DNA of 63,397 bases, filler included, from Choristocarpus tenellus KU-1152 (taxonomy: Eukaryota; Protista; Phaeophyceae): NCBI GenBank assembly GCA_964200185.2. It is 10 parts of 10 records of this genome, joined end to end, with 100 filler letters (N's around TTAATTAATTAA, not from the genome) between each part and the next. Parts side by side here need not be neighbours in the genome. Positions count along the whole stretch, not along the records: positions 25,382 to 34,535 come from CAXNAD020003936.1; positions 34,636 to 42,009 come from CAXNAD020006248.1; 8 more parts are not named here. One strand, 5' to 3'. The notes beneath the pieces are model-generated. The model searched no databases and was not told where the DNA came from. It saw nothing but the letters and a program-made list of their open reading frames with translations. Of this stretch, positions 26,070 through 38,884 are shown one piece after another; position 1 is the stretch's first letter; each line of letters starts with the position of its first letter. A program made the translations under genes and the position numbers.

Positions 26070-29000
26070 TCAACCAATAACACATCCATCCCCAGCTGCC
26101 AACTGACCCTCAAAGCTTCTCTCAGTCGTTGCATGAGCCTCAAACATTGGATCTATTGACTTCTTGTTTGAGCTACAAAGACCAGATACAGGCGGGCGTA
26201 TTGATGATGACTCCTGAGACATCTCAGACCTTGACAATCCCACCACAATACCCTCGCCAAGGTGGTCCCTTCCCCCTAGCTTCTTCTCCCTCACTACTCC
26301 CCTAGGGCCGCCACCATTAGAGCCCAACCCCCCTTCTGCCCTCAAGGAGTCGACAGCACCACGACCACCTACCTCACCCCCACCCGCTCCAGATGGGGAC
26401 CCCTCAGGGGCATCTATCGATGAACCACCCCCTTCTGAACCCTCTAGGCCTGTCCCTTGTCCTATGGCTGCCACCTCACCCCTACCTGCCATTGACAGAC
26501 CAGCAGCAACACTCTCCTGGAGATGTTTGTTCTGAGGATCAGGCTGGCGGTGTGCACCAGCATTCCTAGGGTTGGTGGCTTCTCCTACGACCCTCAACGC
26601 TCCACCAACTCTTGTTCCAACCGCAACCACTCTCCTTGTGACCGCCTTACTGCCTCTGTCCACTTCCCTCTGTAATGTACTAGAAGTTGTTGGTGCCACA
26701 TCGCCCCTTTCCACACTGTTGGAATTACTCTCTCCACTACTTTCTACCCCTTCCACAAAGGTCACCCCTGAAGCCTTCAGGGCATCTCCCTCAGCCTGAC
26801 TAGTGTCCGAGAGACAGGACTCATTATGTAACACAGGCAACGTTGCTGCACCTCCCCCTATCTCTACCTCTCCTGTGGTTCTTTCCAAGAGGTTTGTCAT
26901 CCCTGTTGACCAAGGATGCGGCGCATCTGAGTTCCTGACAGGGTGGCATGTGCCATTGACTGAATCTTTATGATTCCCTTCCCGATCTGTTCTGCTCACC
27001 ATACTAGGTGTGTCACTTTCAGTATCATTCCACATCCCACTCCTCCCCCTCTGAAAAATAGGCTTGTTGGCCTGCTTGACCATCCTTTGATTGATGGCAG
27101 AGGCATGGGCAGCAACAATTCCGGCAGGCACAGCAAAACTTTCTGGAGCAGTGGGTGGGGAATAATAAATTTCCCTCCCCTCCCCGCCCCCATCCTTTTT
27201 CTCATCCCACAGCTCCTCAAGAGGGTCTTCATTTGAGTGAGTCGTATCCAAATCTGACCTTCCCCTATTAAGCAGACCCTGCCCTGTTGACTGGAAGGTG
27301 TTCCACAGGAGAAAAAGAAAGGTAAGGTGATCGGTAGAGAGGACATGGTCTAAACAAGCCTAGAGCATAGGAAGCACATGCTAAACAAGAAGGTAGTACA
27401 GTAGACAAAAGACTTTCAAACAACTCAAAAGCTGGTTGTGCCAAAGCACATCCTACAAGAGATGACTCGCCTACTACATGAACAAGTGGAAAGTTGTGCA
27501 TTATATAGCTTGAAGATAGCAAGGAAACTATGAGGGCACTGCTCCATAGCTAGACCTTACTAAGCTCACTGCCACATGGCTATACCTTTTCTCCGACAAA
27601 AGAACACTATCTGTAGAAGTGCACTACTGTTGTCAAAAAAATGAACCACAAAAAAGGTCATTACCCACATTTACCCACAGGAATTTCGGCATGGTATAGT
27701 CAGTAATATAGTCAGTAACAAAACACATCAAGTTTGAGAGGACTGGCTGCATCTTCTACACAGATCCCAAACACGAATCAATAATGAGCACAGGGTGCTT
27801 TGACTGCTATTGTTAACATGGGTTTTCATTATTACAACACAGCATTTTTTTTACTCAAGTCACATCAGGTATGAACATACTGCATCATATACTGCACCAC
27901 ATAACTTCAGTGTTGAAGAAGAGCAATGTAATAGTTGGGATTCCACATTATCAGTTACAATCCTTCAATACATATTAATAACATCTCAACCTCAAGCCTG
28001 AGACAAGAGGTAAAAACCCTATTTCACCCCCCTACTCTAAACAGAACGCCATACCAATGTAGAGTATAGTATATAAAGTAAGAAATATTCTCAACTCTAC
28101 CTACAAATCATGACACCACCATAGTATTTCCATCCCCACTACAAACCAACAAGAGAAAAAGCACTGAGAATGCTCTCTGAATCTTACACATGCCAAGAAA
28201 ATAACCATAGAAAATATTTCAGTTCATGAAAATGCTACACCAATAGGAATCACTGCACCAAGGCCTGTTTCCTTAACTGCCAACCCTGGCAACCACAATT
28301 TCTGCTGTGCCATGATCATACTCATATTCATACTCATGTTCCAGGGTAACCAACCCTAACCCTAACCCTAACTGCACTTTTCTGTTGACTGGTATTGTCA
28401 CTATAATACCAACAATACCAATACCAATTTAGAATACCAATGTTTACATCAATACACTCTCCACAACAGTTTCACATGTTCATGTACACCTTCCAGTGAA
28501 AACATTCAATAGTTATTTTTTTATATAATATTTTAATATTATCTTAATACACTCACCCCAAAATTCAAGAAGCTACTGTTTCCACGAAACATTCCTCCCA
28601 GTTCACTTGGCCCAACCGACCACTTCACCTCCCCTGAGTTTGTCAGTGATCCACCGCCGCCAATGGAACCATTTTCAGACGATTTTGCTCGCTGAATAAA
28701 GACATGGAAGGCATTGTTCATTTAAAACAGGAGGGGGGGATGAGAGGGGGGAGGAAGAGGTAAAACTATGCCAAAGCAAATATATCAGAGTCGAACAGCA
28801 TGTTGGACCTTGAGAAAGATCGTCTACTCATTACACAATATTGATTGTATAGTTATCAGTAGGGTTTAGGGATATAAATAGGGTCACATTATGACTGAGG
28901 AAAATATCTACTATCTACTGAGTGTGTTAGTCTGGCTTGCGCTATCATCACCATGTGTCACACCATCACACCATCACACACACAAAACATCTCATCATCT

Positions 29001-32000
29001 AGTTGATGACAGTCTCTGATTTCTATGTAACACTTTCTTCAAAAAAAACTAGTGACCCTATCTCATTTTGTAGTCATCATTATTATAACTATTATATATT
29101 TTATGCCTCTTCATGAAGGATCATCCTAGACATGTGCACACAATAAAATATATAAACAAATCTTCAAAATTCTTTTGGTTGTTCCAATCTTTGTTCCAAT
29201 CTCTTGGTTGTTCCAATCTCTTCACATCCCACACCCCACGTCCAAGACACAGCTACTGTTCACTCATCCAAGATCACAAAAAAAGCGTTCCTGTAAACTA
29301 CAAAAACATTTCATTATCAGTCTAGTAAGCTGAAGAAAAACACCTGGCACACTGCAAACCCCCACAAAAATTCTGGAACTCTGAAAAGAATAGAAAGATG
29401 CCAGCTGTTGTAGTGTTGTAACAATAGTAACACTACAGATTTACCCCTAATTGGTACAACTAATTTCATGCATACATTCATTGGGCATGAGCCACCCCAG
29501 GCCTTGGAAGACATGCAAATTGTTGAACAAAATGTGATAATACCACTTGCTATCAGAGAGAAATACAAACCGACCCCAGAGTGCTCTCTTGTAATATTTA
29601 CTTGCTGTGTTGAGGATCCCAACTGTAGAGTCACAAGGAGATTATGTGAACTATAGGGTTAGAGGGTCATAGGCAGTGTACATATATGTATGACAGAAAG
29701 TTAATGACTTGACATTTCTTCCATGAGAAAACAGTATTAATAACCATCGGTACTTCAATTCACCGCTACCCTAACCCTAAATCACATATACTACCTATAG
29801 CCATAACCCTATAGACAACCGATTGAGAGGAGAAACAGAAAAATAGTAGCGTATTGATCCTGTAAGTGTTGATGACAGTTGCATGTATGGGGATGTTCAT
29901 GTTCATCACCTTCTTGTCAGACATGCCACAGTCATCAATATGCTTATAGTACTGAAACATGCGTAACCCTAACCCTAAAATATACTTTCAGAAAAACTGT
30001 CCAGACTTGATACAAGGAAAAGTCAATTGCAATGTACAAAAAGCAAAATCGATATGCTCTTCTTTTGTCTCCATCTTTCCAGAAAAAAACATGTCTACCC
30101 CTCACAACACATCTCATTCCACATTTCGTAACAGACAAATTAGCACCACTAACCTTCAATTGTGACCCCAAACAAACACAATTAGATCACTCAAAACTCA
30201 TTCACACACATAACACACACATGTACCTCAACGTTTCATAACAGGACAAACAACACCAATCTCCAACTCACAGCTCTAGTTGTCTTCTCCCCAGTGTGTC
30301 CTAGCCTCTTGATCTCTCTCTCAGCCATCTCTGTCCTCTCTCTGGTACCATCTACCTCATCCTGACTCCTCGACAACTCCTTTTCAGCATGCTCCAGTTT
30401 GGCCTACAGCACCAAACATAGCCAAGCATAGCCAAGCAAAGGCAAGCACATACATGTTACGCCCAATACATATACATGCATATACATACATATATAATAC
30501 ATATACATACATATATAATACATATACATACATATATAATACATATACATACATATATAATACATATACATGCATATACATACATATATATGCATATACA
30601 TACATATATATGCATATACATACATATATATGCATATACATACATATATAATACATATACAATACATATACATGCATATAATACATATATAATACATATA
30701 CAATACATATACATGCATATAATACATATATAATACATATACAAACACAGCACACAGCAACAAAAAAAATGAAATAAACAATAAAAAATATTTATTGCAC
30801 CATAGAGCTAGCCTCACACACAGGACAAGCTAGCCTTCACTCAGTCTTGTCCTACAATACTTAACTCTATTTATCCCATGACATCTCGTGTGGAGGATAA
30901 CTAGCGTGGTCAGCTGGCTCAGAAACATCCATTTCTCATATGCAACACCTGAGTCCATCTCATGTGCCAAGCCAATAGTAGTCTTGTACATCAGTACACA
31001 TAAAGTACACATAAACTGTCACTATTGTGACTATATCCCCCCATCATGGTAAAAATCCCCACCCTTTTCCCTAACCCTATCAACCTCTCGAACACCAAAC
31101 TCTCAATATACTCAATATACTTTTACCAATATACTCAATAAATATACTTTTACCAATATACTCAATATACTTTTACCCAGCAACACCCATTGTCCAGAAG
31201 AACACCTGCAACCATTTCTTCAGTTATTAATATTATTATTACTATTTTTTCACCAATCCGTGGTCGGATATTGTACAGTAAAGGAAGAGACAAGTTTAAG
31301 AAACAAGTATAAGAGACAAGTTTAAGAAATCTTCCAGAAAAAAATAATTATCCATTAAGAAGAGGATCCACTTCCTCGTAATGTTGGTCCACACCATATT
31401 CTTTTCCCCTTCATATTGTAGCAAACCCTCACCATGACTTTCTATGTAACTGTAATTTTAACGCCAAATAATTGGGACAATTTGGTTTGTACCATTCACT
31501 TTTCGAAAAATAGTGAGCCGCCTCATTGTTGGTATGTAATGATAATAGTAATAGTGATAATGATGATATTAATGATAATAATACTGTCGTTCCTAAAGCG
31601 CTGAGGTTTGTACATACATAATGAAAAAAGTCTTTTAACGTGCAACTTATACCATACAATTTATACCATGCAAGCGTTAGATTATGCTGGGCACAGCCCA
31701 CTTTATTGAAAGAAAATAATAATGTCAAAAAAATCAAACAGAACACATCTAATGAGATACATTGGTATGCTGACTAAAAAACAAACTTGAATATGCAGTT
31801 GTAACCATCACGCCAACCCACAATATACAAAAGACACACAAAAAGTAAGCACCCACTCACCATGCACACATTCATCAGTCTGAACCCACCTCCAGCTCCA
31901 TGATTCTCGACTTCTGTGTCTTCATCTCTATCCTGCTCTTGTTGAGAGCTGTTTTCATTGCCTTCACTGCATAAGAAAGATCTCTCACGCCAACCTTACT

Positions 32001-34178
32001 CTTGTTCAACTCCTTCTCCCTGGCCTCTAGCTTGTCCCATAGTGCATCAACCTCAGCCTGAAAAAAAAAGTGCAGTAATGGGGTAGCTTAAAAAATACAT
32101 GACGACATCCTCTCATCTACATACATTAAATTAGCAGTAAAAAATATGATGGCTGCTAACCTGTAACAGTACTAGAACAAATAGTATGCTAACCCTAACC
32201 CTAAGTATTGAAACAAACAAACAAATAAGAGAATACTAAACTGTAACAGTACTTCAGGTTAGGGTATTTACAGTCATACACCAGTTTATACTGTTGATAC
32301 ACCTCAAATACAACTAGAAAATGAATACTGAAATAGAGCCGGTACCAGTAGAGTGTGCAGTAAGAAATCAAATACATTAAATCCATCAAATCCAAAAACA
32401 CAAACATACCAGACAAGACGGATGCTTGACAGATATTCTTATTTTAAATGCTTGGCTACACTCAAACAAGCTTTATCCAGAACTCTCACAAGCCCCCCCT
32501 TCACAGAACAAAAAAGCTAAATAGTGACAGTAAAATACCTTGATTCAATCATTCCACAGACAACATCCCCAGCCCCAGCAAGTACATCCAGAAGTGAACA
32601 TGAAATACATGCACAGTACAAAAGCACAAACCCATACCCATACCCCACCCAACCAAGTGTAGCCACACAATTGAACCTGTCATGATCACAGTCTGCTCTA
32701 CAAGTGTTATTAGAAATGTTACTACAAGTGTTATTAGAAATGTTACTACAAGTGTTATTAGAAATGTTACTACAAGTGTTATTAGAAATGTTACTACAAG
32801 TGTTATTACTGCTTACTTTCCCCCCGCTGATTCAATACACCAACCATAAACCAAAACAAGCACCCCCCAGGCATTATCAGAAAGAGCAACTGTAACAGTA
32901 GTAGTACCAACAGACTAGCATACTAACACTAATAGTAATACCAATGGCGGTACTAGAGGGTGTAACTGTCATGTAACTGTAATCTATATTCAATTCTTGC
33001 CTTACAGTTCTGCGCTTGAAATGAGCTCTTCTCTGCTCGCATGTACATCAAAGAGGCGTTTTTTCTGATGGCCTCGTAACCCTTATAAAGCAACGCCTCT
33101 CTGGTGATGAAAAGTCGAACTGTTGCTGCTCTCTTCGACATGGTCACCTGCTCATCCATAACACAACATAACACAACATACAGAGTAGACCTGCTCAAGG
33201 GCACATTAGTGGACCACTACAGCATGCAAGTAATGTTGTGAGTACCAAACCCACCCAATGCTCAGACTAATCCAACACAAATAAGCCTCCACACACCTTG
33301 AACACCATTCTACTCCATTCGCAGATGCAGCATACACCATGCAAATACACACACACAACTTGGTCCCTAACTATTGATACAGATAGACCAACCCTAACCC
33401 TAACCCCATCAGTACATTCACGCAAAAGAAAAAAAATGGTGGAACTTCAGAATACACACATCCCCCATGAACCTGCCGCCTCAGAGCAAGAAAATTTCTT
33501 TGTGGTAGAGAGCTACAACAGTACACCCGACCTTCAAAAGAGAGTAAAATAAATAAATAAATAAATAAAATAAAATCTGACCATTTCATTTTATTTTATA
33601 GTGCACAGCAATCTAACCTTAACCCTAACCCTAATGATACTAATACTAATGGCATAATCCAACTTCATCCCAAGCACCTAGATCATGAATGACAATTGAC
33701 ACTGTAAATACTTTCTCCCCATCACCTCCTTCCCCTAACCCTACCACAACTTAGGGATAGGGCGTGATTTCAAAATTTCAAAATCACCATCTAGCCCTTC
33801 AAAACCCAAGATCCTCACATTGTACACATAATTACAATACGATAAATACAATACAATAAATAAAATACAATAAATAAAATACAATACATGCATCACAGAC
33901 AAAGCACAACCACTCTTGCAGAAAGATGAAAACACTCTTCATGAACTAGTACACATAATACCTACATTCCCTTGGAGACTACATGAACAAAATAAAACAA
34001 AACAAATTAAGTGGCAGCAAAAGGACAGGGAAATTTTCCACCACCATAGGTACTAAAAGAAGGCAGTGCCCAAGAAAGCAGTATCTGTGTATGAAACTGT
34101 TGCAATATCCACTCACATCTTCAAAAAATACCTCTCCTGCTTTATGTCCTTCATTGTTGGGCAGTGAAGGGTCAGCAC
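26070..34178 (-). CDS. Ankyrin-repeat/coiled-coil protein with long G/S/E-rich low-complexity region, partial; exons 34178-34117, 33147-33001, 32057-31890, 28691-28557, 27290-~26100
   Basis: GADPSLPNNEGHKAGE looks like the end of an ankyrin repeat and AEVDALWDKLEAREKELNK is coiled coil. The exons join in phase (one GC donor) to the 393-aa ORF. Further small exons are possible. Confidence 0.7.
30449..30745. repeat. Intronic AT/CA minisatellite (~21-22-bp units such as CATATACATACATATATAATA)
   Basis: Directly visible tandem array; explains the MYYIC/HIHTY ORFs. Confidence 0.95.
31102..31177. repeat. Short tandem repeat of CAATATACT(CAATATACT)TTTAC
   Basis: About three visible units. Confidence 0.8.
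32699..32807. repeat. 24-bp tandem repeat CAAGTGTTATTAGAAATGTTACTA, ~4.5 copies
   Basis: Perfect units with no spacers. Confidence 0.95.
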
Positions 34179-34413
34179 CTGGTAAAAACACACACACACA
34201 CATATATACATACACTTTTATAGATATGGATATAGATATAGAACTACACAGGTATAACTTCCAATAAGACATCCTAATCAATTTCAAGGAAACCTACAAA
34301 GAAAACACAGGCGTGTTGAAAAAGACACCACGTAAAGACCCGCCTGCCATGGTTTTGGAAAAATAATAGGTTGGTAAGGGAAAAAACCACTGTGAGTCAC
34401 AAACTCGAGACAT

Positions 34414-34535
34414 TGTTGTGAAATCACATTGTCATCATCATCACTGTTGTGAAATCACATTGTCATCATCATCACTGTTGTGAAATCACATTGTCATCAT
34501 CATCACTGTTGTGAAATCACATTGTCATCATCATC
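34414..34535. repeat. 31-bp tandem repeat TGTTGTGAAATCACATTGTCATCATCATCAC, ~4 copies, running into the gap
   Basis: Perfect units with no spacers. Confidence 0.95.
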
Positions 34536-34635
34536 NNNNNNNNNNNNNNNNNNNNNNNNNNNNNNNNNNNNNNNNNNNNTTAATTAATTAANNNNNNNNN
34601 NNNNNNNNNNNNNNNNNNNNNNNNNNNNNNNNNNN

Positions 34636-34686
<51 letters not shown>

Positions 34687-35117
34687 AGAGGAGGTACCCC
34701 ACTGAAAAAAAAAAAATCATTGAAGGAACAGCAAAAAGGTCAAGGAGATCCGTTACAAGGTCAACAAAATATTTTTGGAGGGCAAGACAAAGCTGAACTT
34801 CACTATTGCTACGAGAGCAGTTGTTGGATGACATCTCATCCCAACACAGCATACACAATACCTCTCAGGCCATGCACCACTAACCCTAAGTAGATAGCCA
34901 AGCACTCCAGGCCGAACCAGCCAGTACCTCATCCTTGCACTCAGCACAACAAGACCCATAAAACACCACACTAACCCCTCATTTTCAAACTTAACACTGC
35001 CCAGTAGAGTAGGGTACCAGGTGATGCGTAGGGAGGGAGTTACAAGAGCAAAATGAAGGCAACGGGCCATTCGCTGCAGTGCTTCCAGGAGTACCTGCTA
35101 TGCCGACTCCACAAACC

Positions 35118-38100
35118 TGTGTTACTGTGAAAACGCCTTCCATGTATTTCACAAACCCCTCCCCCTGGCGCTTCAGCATCCCCGCAGCAAAATCCGGCAC
35201 GTATATGCCATCCTCCAGAAGGCGTAGACCCACTGCCTGAAATCACGTTTTATTTTGGGCAGGCCGCAGCCGCGGTAAAGGCAAGCACAAGGTGCAACAA
35301 CAGCAACAACAGCAACAACAAGCTCGTCAAAATACTGGGTAAAAGTAGATCATCGTCATCCTCACACTTGTTCTAAACTCTAGAAAAAATATATATACTA
35401 AACAAAAAAAAATAACAAAGATGGAAACATATTTTTCGGGTAGCAAAAAAAAATAAAAATAAAGTTTTTTTTTTAATCCTTTTTTAATAACATATATATA
35501 TATATATTGTTACACGCCAGGACGACGAAGCACCTCCTCGAGACAGTCTTTACATACTACCACCTCGGCTGGATTTTTATTATTCTTGCCGGTGCTCGAG
35601 CATTCTTACTATTATTTTTATTTATTTATTTTTGTGTTCTGTTGGTCTGGTGGAACCATTGGTACGTTTGGTCGCCGCTCACGTTTTTCACACCTTTCCT
35701 TTCCTACCTTCTCGGGTCATCTCCTCCAACCCACAGGGCCTCTACAAGATCGTGCTTACGTGCGTCGACACGATACCAACGCGGTACAGTAGTAGGTGAG
35801 CAAAGGGGTGTCGCACGCACGTAACCTCTTTCCTACTCTTCCCTTCTCGCATTCTCATTCCTCTGCCCACACCGCCTTCCTACCTCTAAGCAAATAAACG
35901 CAACACCATAACAAGTCCTTTCCATTGACTGACTAGAAATGTGTTTAGTACTCCTTTCTCAAATATAAATAAGTCCCCTTCATAACCCCCCCCCCCTGCC
36001 CGTCCCTCCACCCACCCCCACCAATCTCTCCTCTTTCCCCCATCCCAGGGCCCATGTATACATGCCTTTCTCCTCGGCTTGGGCTTGGGCTTTGGTTTCT
36101 GCTTTGTTTTTCCTCCCCCTACAGTGCCATTGAGGTTAGTTAGGGTTGTTGGAGGTACCTCTCCTTCAGCTTCTGTTTACAACAGGGCCAGCAGGAAAAG
36201 GAGGTGGGGCAGTCAGCGGTGGTGCTGCGGCGGGGGGGGGGGGGGGGAAGGAGAGAGGTGAAACAGTGTGAGATGAGAGGGCGGGCTGCTAAAGATGAAA
36301 TAGCTCTTGAAAATAATTTCATGTCTGAATGTGCGCGGATACGAGTGCTTGATGAGGCAACGGTGACAATGAGAGAGTGAGAGAGGTACAATGAGAAAAT
36401 GAGCGTGATGGCAAGAGGTGCAAGCAAGTGCTGGAGTAGTGGGTGCTTGTAGGGCCCTGCAAGAGCAAAACAGAGGGATGAGCAGCAAACATACCAAATG
36501 AAAGTTAGATGAGTTGTAGGTTGGAGGGAATTTTTATTATTTTTAATGGTATGTGAGTCACAGTATACCTTAGAGGGTAGAGCCGCGTCCGTTTGGGGGC
36601 CAAAATCCAATGTTGCGATTTTGATGTATTTTTGGCTACACGTTTGGTAGGAAGTGTCAATACCCTAGTTCCAGACACACGTTTTCATAACGGATATATT
36701 TTACCTACTCCGAAAACGTTTTCGGAGTAGATAGAATGTCGTAATAAGCCCGTGGGAAGCCAAGCCCCAAACAGACAAAACAGGGAAAAACTTGTACCCT
36801 CTAAGATACTTTCATGTATGTATGACGACAGAAAATAATACGATGCGGTACTGATGTTTTCGTAAAAATTGTAAAACATGTAACCAACGAGATTTTAAAA
36901 AGCGCTTTCACCCTACTTGTACTGTTTGCATAATTCATCTTGACCACATGGTAGAATATGTAGTTCTTCATGATACTTGTCAACTACAAGGTAATGTTGT
37001 GGTGTACAAGCATATGATGAGTGTGAGTGTGACTGTGAATGTGATTGTGTGTGTGTGTGTGTGTGTGTGTGTTTGTACTTCAGCACTTTCGAAAAATACA
37101 GAACATTCCATTCTTCAAATGGTGCAAAATATCTCATTGCAACTCATGCAAGAAGCAAACCAGTAGTCTTGTCTGCAGCGGAAAAATCCCCAACAAAAAA
37201 TCTTACTTCTTGAGCGATGATCAGCAGTAGACTGCAGAAGTGCATGGTGGCTAAAACAAATTAACGATGCTTTTTTTTAAAAAGTGGCTTCCCCCTGCCT
37301 GGCAAGCTTTCTCGCGATATAAATGTAACCGTTGGTCGAAACTCAATTACTTTACGCCATATTGGTTAAGCACTATTCTGTTGACATACACCACCATGTG
37401 AACTACTCCCAGTCAGTAAGAGATAACCAAACCACCACCATGACAAACTGCTACCATCCCATGCAAAGGGTCAACATACACCTTTCCTCTCACAAAGAAC
37501 CCTCCTCACCAAATGTCATACCAGAGTGCCAACTCTCCCTCACATGCTGGACTGAACGACACATGAAACATTTTGCGAGAGTTCACCTTTAAAGTTTGCA
37601 CAACGTAATACCATTTTTTCTTGCTTAGAGAGGCAGGGGGAAAGGAGGGGGAAGCGGAAGAAGAAACTGATTGAAGAAAATGGATACTTTAAATGCTGGT
37701 GCTTCCATCCTAGGAGATCATATGATTTTCATCCATCCGCTTCGGCGCATCTATTACCGGTCGTCGTAGGACATCGTTCCTAGTCTCGATACGCACGCAC
37801 GTGCACACACCACCTTGATACTCTGGTAGAGCTCGAGGGCTTTAGCAAGTCAGCTCGATCAGAATCGGATGAATGAGGAGAGCGTACGTATCATCCCCAT
37901 GCTAGGGCATTTCAATCCTCAAAGTACATTTCCTCAGTCTGAAGGTGACTAAATGTTTGCAAGATGGCAACAGATTTCACAGTTCAAAAGAGGAAACACA
38001 AGGTAGAGCCTGGGTGGGGCACACCCGTCCGCGCGCTGCATCACCCCTGCACCTTCTTCCATAAGTTCCGTGGCATTTTCCAACAAATCTCGGCATAGAT

Positions 38101-38221
38101 CGCAGTCCAGCGCGTCCAACACCGCCGAGCAGTGTATTGTCAGTAAGGAATCCCTCTGCTTCGGGTCCAAGCAGGACCAAAACTCGGCTAGGCCACCCTC
38201 GGCTGGCTCCGCCGAGCACAT
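35118..38221 (-). CDS. Putative uncharacterised multi-exon gene; first exon ~38221-38025, later candidate exons ~36984-36916 and ~35237-35118
   Basis: The CpG-rich exon MCSAEPAEGGLAEFWSCLDPKQRDSLLTIHCSAVLDALDCDLCRDLLE has an FWxxLxxxxRxxLL...CxxC pattern reminiscent of NST1-like N-termini. The downstream exons could not be fully phased. Confidence 0.45.
36555..36814 (-). mobile_element. MITE family A, reverse copy
   Basis: GAGTCACAGTATACCTTAGAGGGTAG ... TACCCTCTAAGATACTTTCA; flanked by TGT/TGT. Confidence 0.9.
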
Positions 38222-38884
38222 ATCTCCTTTCCGCCCCACCCGCTCCAAGTGCACAAATCGTTCTGTCTTGGCCTGCTCTAGCCGGTCTTACCTTTCCCTT
38301 TCAATGCTCAGCGACCTGTTGTGAGCCGATCGTGGTATAGATGAGCAAGGGTATCGGTTTGAGGAAGGTCAAAAAAAGGAGTTGGCATCTCGTTGGAGGT
38401 GCACTTTTTTCGCACAATATGTCCCACTAGACTAAGGCCATTGTCCTCCCCAATAGTTTGTTAGCCTGGAGGAGAAGGGTTCCTACCTGATGGGGTGCAC
38501 CAATGAGGTTGGTTGTTATAGTAGAGGAGTGAGCGGGGTATTGGCAGTTGGTGTCGTGCATAATCTTCTCACACGAGCGCGCGCTTCGTAACGGTCCAAC
38601 TATCCAAATATTCCTATTTCTCATCTCCCTCCACTCCCACAACCCATAACCCACGACCCGTAACGAGTACCCTATTGTTTCCTCACCTTGACCACCCGTG
38701 CAAAACGAATTCGTGCCCTGACAGCACGGAGAAGACAAAAAAGTGTTTCTACGAGTGAGGTGCTTAGTACTTCTCATAACTTTGCCACACATACATCATT
38801 TCTGACGGAGGGATTACACCAGCCTCCCTAAGCCCTACTCAAGGCAAGAGAAAAACGATATTCGAAGGAAAAGACTAAGGTACC

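Noticed and set aside
30384-30817. Y/M/C/I/H-rich ORFs in several frames
   Set aside because: Translations of a minisatellite.
32699-34535. 24-bp and 31-bp repeats as CRISPR arrays; LLEMLLQV repeat protein
   Set aside because: Head-to-tail units without spacers, no cas genes, eukaryotic intron context.
36140-36610. 156-aa ORF with transit-peptide-like MKLFSRAISS and an HscB-like FCSCRALQAP in another frame
   Set aside because: It starts inside a MITE, the motifs are in the wrong order and frame, and no J-domain follows.
38285-38292. In-frame TAA suggesting stop-codon reassignment
   Set aside because: A single case, explained by a splice donor or 5' UTR; all confident exons are stop-free under the standard code.
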